Shown here: positions 60,982 to 64,000 of the stretch, piece after piece
Position numbering within the stretch: position 1 is the stretch's first letter
How the letters are laid out: each line of letters opens with the position of its first letter
Assembly (NCBI RefSeq): GCF_000181795.1
Contig: NW_003526943.1
Span: forward strand, 1,545,647 to 1,609,646
Reading direction: 5' to 3'
Length of the DNA: 64,000 nucleotides
From: Trichinella spiralis
Taxonomy: Eukaryota
Program-made: the position numbers and the translations under genes
The notes under the pieces: model-generated
Databases searched by the model: none
The model's input: only the letters and a program-made list of their open reading frames with translations
Told to the model about the DNA's origin: nothing

Positions 60982-62732
60982 TTGCTCTTCAATGTGAATA
61001 AAATTTTTACCACTGAATAGTTATACTTCAGAATTCCTACACTGACCAAGCAAATTTGCTTTGAAAATGCTGATTCAACAGAACTTTTACTTTGCAATCA
61101 AAGCTGAGCATTGGATGTGTGCATATAAGTTAACCTTCCGAATTGTAAATTCAGTATTGTACATTAGATTTGATTAAAAATTTTACTTTATGAATATTAA
61201 GCTACGCTGTAATACAAAAGTAGTTTTAGTAAAAGAGAGCTAAAAATTAAAATAAATAAATAAATAAACTTCAAAGTAAGCTTTGAATTAACAAATGAAA
61301 TTCATTTTAATTTTATATTAAAGTATGAGTGAAGTATTGAAAACTATTTTTGAAAATTGAGCCATAAGCTCATGGATTATGGATACAGTAAATAATGCAG
61401 CAGTTATTTAACAATAGTGATAAACAAATTTTTGAAAAAATCTAAAACTAAAAGTTTTTAATGCAAGTTGAAATGTAAAATTTTCATTTAATAACTTGCA
61501 TGATACAGTTTGAATGAAAGTAACTTCATTTGTATTTTTCTCCACTTTTTTTTATTTTTAGAAGTTATCTGTTAAATATCAAAATTAAATTTTTTTAATT
61601 ATCAAAAACAATAGTGTTGTCGATATCAAATAAAAAAGTAATTTAAAAATGCTTTCTAACCACTTTATTATAATGCTGCATCACGTTTAAAAAAATGTTA
61701 AATAAAGGAAATTCTACTTCCGGGCAATTTTATTTTAAATAAATAAATATATATATATATAATTCAAATTAAGATTTATTTATTAAGATTTATTGGGTCT
61801 ACTCATTAACAGTAGGTGATGAATTAGCTGGCTTCCTTTTTCCTACTTCAGTACAGACGTCAATCAAATATTAATATAAAAATAATACGCATGAAATTCC
61901 GTTTATTTAATGTTTTATTTATTTTCTGATTATCGCAATTGATTTGCATTAACATTACATGTTACAGTTGCATTTCTTATTAACTGCTGATTGGAAATTT
62001 TTCTTAGTGAAAGCTGGGTATGTAAAGCTGGAATGAGCTGCAATAGAACTGCTCAATTCCATTGATAATATAATTAACAAGTGATCAGCAATTATTTCTT
62101 GAAATGCATCTGCGTTTTGAAATGTTGTTATTATGCATGAAAGTATTTCTCCTAATGATTTACTGCCTTTTGCTTTAAAAATTCCCTCTGCACAACAAAG
62201 CAAGCAAAATCATGCACAGCTGTACATGATAAAGTTGTGAATGAAATTTTGAATTCAAGTCTCCAAACGCTCAACCACTTGAGGCGTGATTAATCATCTA
62301 CTCTGATCTTCGTTTTTGCATTCTACTGGGTTACCCTTTATTCTTTTACTTCTACTGAGTTGGATATTCCATTTTTAATTATTGATTAGTTCAGAAAAAA
62401 TCAGGCACTGCGTAACAGATTCTGTCGTTGTCCTTTATATTAATAATTAATTTCAATTTTCTGCAGCACCGCATTCTATTCTGTTCATCTGATAAATATA
62501 CCAACTGATACTGCTTGTATGACTGAACAAAACAGTTTCAGATATCATTATTTATGCAAACGATATTTTTTGAATATATAATTTATTTAGTAAAAAATAT
62601 TAGATATTTTGATCATTTTTTATTTTAATACACCATTTATGTGAATGCATTTATGAAATGTATAATATTACGTGATTATTATTTCATTATTGGTTCCTTC
62701 AAAACCTGGGCGATTCTGATATTTTCAGAAAT

Positions 62733-63563
62733 ATGACGATGAACCTACTTTCAAAAACATTCTCAACAGTCATGAAGAGCAATTCGAATTATGCTGTTGT
62801 TCAGCAACGCTACGTCACAAGTGCGACACTTCCGTTATTATGTGGCACGTTTCATGTAAATTATGGAAATTTTTTTTGTTCATTTTTATTGTTGTTCAAA
62901 TTAATAAATATTTGCAGTTTAAAATATTATTTTAGCACAAGACTCTTGTTGTTAAAAAAGTTTCTGAAGAAGAGAAGAAGAAAAAATTAAGTGGAAGTTT
63001 TTTGCAGTTTGGTGAAACTTTTTCGGACCACATGTTTATTGTGGGTTGGAATCTGAGGAATGGATGGCAAAATCCTGAAATTACTGCTCTCCGTAACATT
63101 AGTCTGCACCCTGCTGCAAAAGTACTTCACTACGCAGTTGAAGTATTGTTTTTGTTCCTTTTCATTTTTCAAATCAATTAATACTGACTATTTTCTATTT
63201 AAATTGCAATTACTGTAAAGTTAAGAAAAATATTATGGTAAAGATGATAAAAAAAATTTTGCGTTTTAGGCATTTGAAGGAATGAAAGCTTTTAGAGGAG
63301 TGGATGGGAAAGTTCGCCTATTTCGACCACGCTTAAATGTTCTGAGATTCTTGTCCTCTGTTAATCGTTGCTGCATGCCTGTAAGTTACATTTTTTAAGT
63401 AAACGACGTATGTGATGAATCTTTTACATTCTAATTATTTTAGAATTTCGATTCTGAAGAATTTTTAAAATGTTTGATTGAATATATTGGTGTGGAAAAA
63501 GAATGGGTTCCCAAAGATTCCCATTGCAGTCTCTACATTAGGCCAACAATGATTGCGACAGAG
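62733..63563 (+). CDS. BCAT: Branched-chain amino acid aminotransferase, 5' part (continues beyond window)
   Basis: [43 protein letters not shown] and [12 protein letters not shown]. The window ends on a TTCAG acceptor. Confidence 0.95.
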
Positions 63564-64000
63564 GTGAAAGAAATCCACAATAAATTGAAAGCGAGATATT
63601 AGTGTCATGTGAAAAATTCAAACAAAAAAATTTTGTTTTTACTTTCTTTCATTATTTAAAGAAGCTTAATTTTTGATATTTTGAAGTAGTAATTAAAGTG
63701 GCCAGTAAATAATCTAAATAACTAGATAATCCAACAATAACTGAAATCAGTTTAATCGATAAATTGATAATGTAAAGTGAAATTTCTAATTTTGTTCATG
63801 TTGAAAATCACAACGCAATTTATCTAATTTAGTAGCAAAAGCACCAAGGATAATCAAGTGTTTAATGCAATAATCAACATTTTAATGACAATCTTGATTA
63901 AACTCTTTTTAATGAACTTTGACCAATCAATTTTAATCAATAGTGTTTTTTCACAATGCTGTATTTCTTTGTAATAATAAATATTTTCCTGTGTCTTCAG

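Noticed and set aside
61799..62540. Exon-like minus-strand fragments (82-aa ORF) upstream of BCAT
   Set aside because: Could not assemble a consistent gene or recognise homology.

Overview
AT-rich, intron-containing eukaryotic DNA from a clade I nematode, very probably Trichinella; it contains the newborn-larva serine protease NBL1/SS2 with its SRPT(S/Y)PSSG tail. Gene order: degraded 7TM receptor fragment, EI24, Nup58-like FG nucleoporin, GLRX5, NBL1 protease, mitochondrial release factor, an atypical globin, par-3, a patched-related gene, an srx-like GPCR, an unannotated secreted-protein locus, a snoRNA-bearing non-coding region, SDHD, insulin-degrading enzyme, a pogo-like MITE, two tandem serine proteases and the 5' part of BCAT. 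The most striking structure is at 45.7-48.2 kb (minus strand). There, one signal-peptide exon and one short linker exon lie upstream of four homologous but highly divergent phase-1 cassettes, three ending in their own stop codon. This looks like a single gene making four alternative secreted beta-rich proteins. Just upstream are an intronic U15/snR75-type dual-guide C/D snoRNA and a duplicated copy with mutated guides. All exon boundaries were read by eye from GT/AG signals and reading frame, without transcript data.
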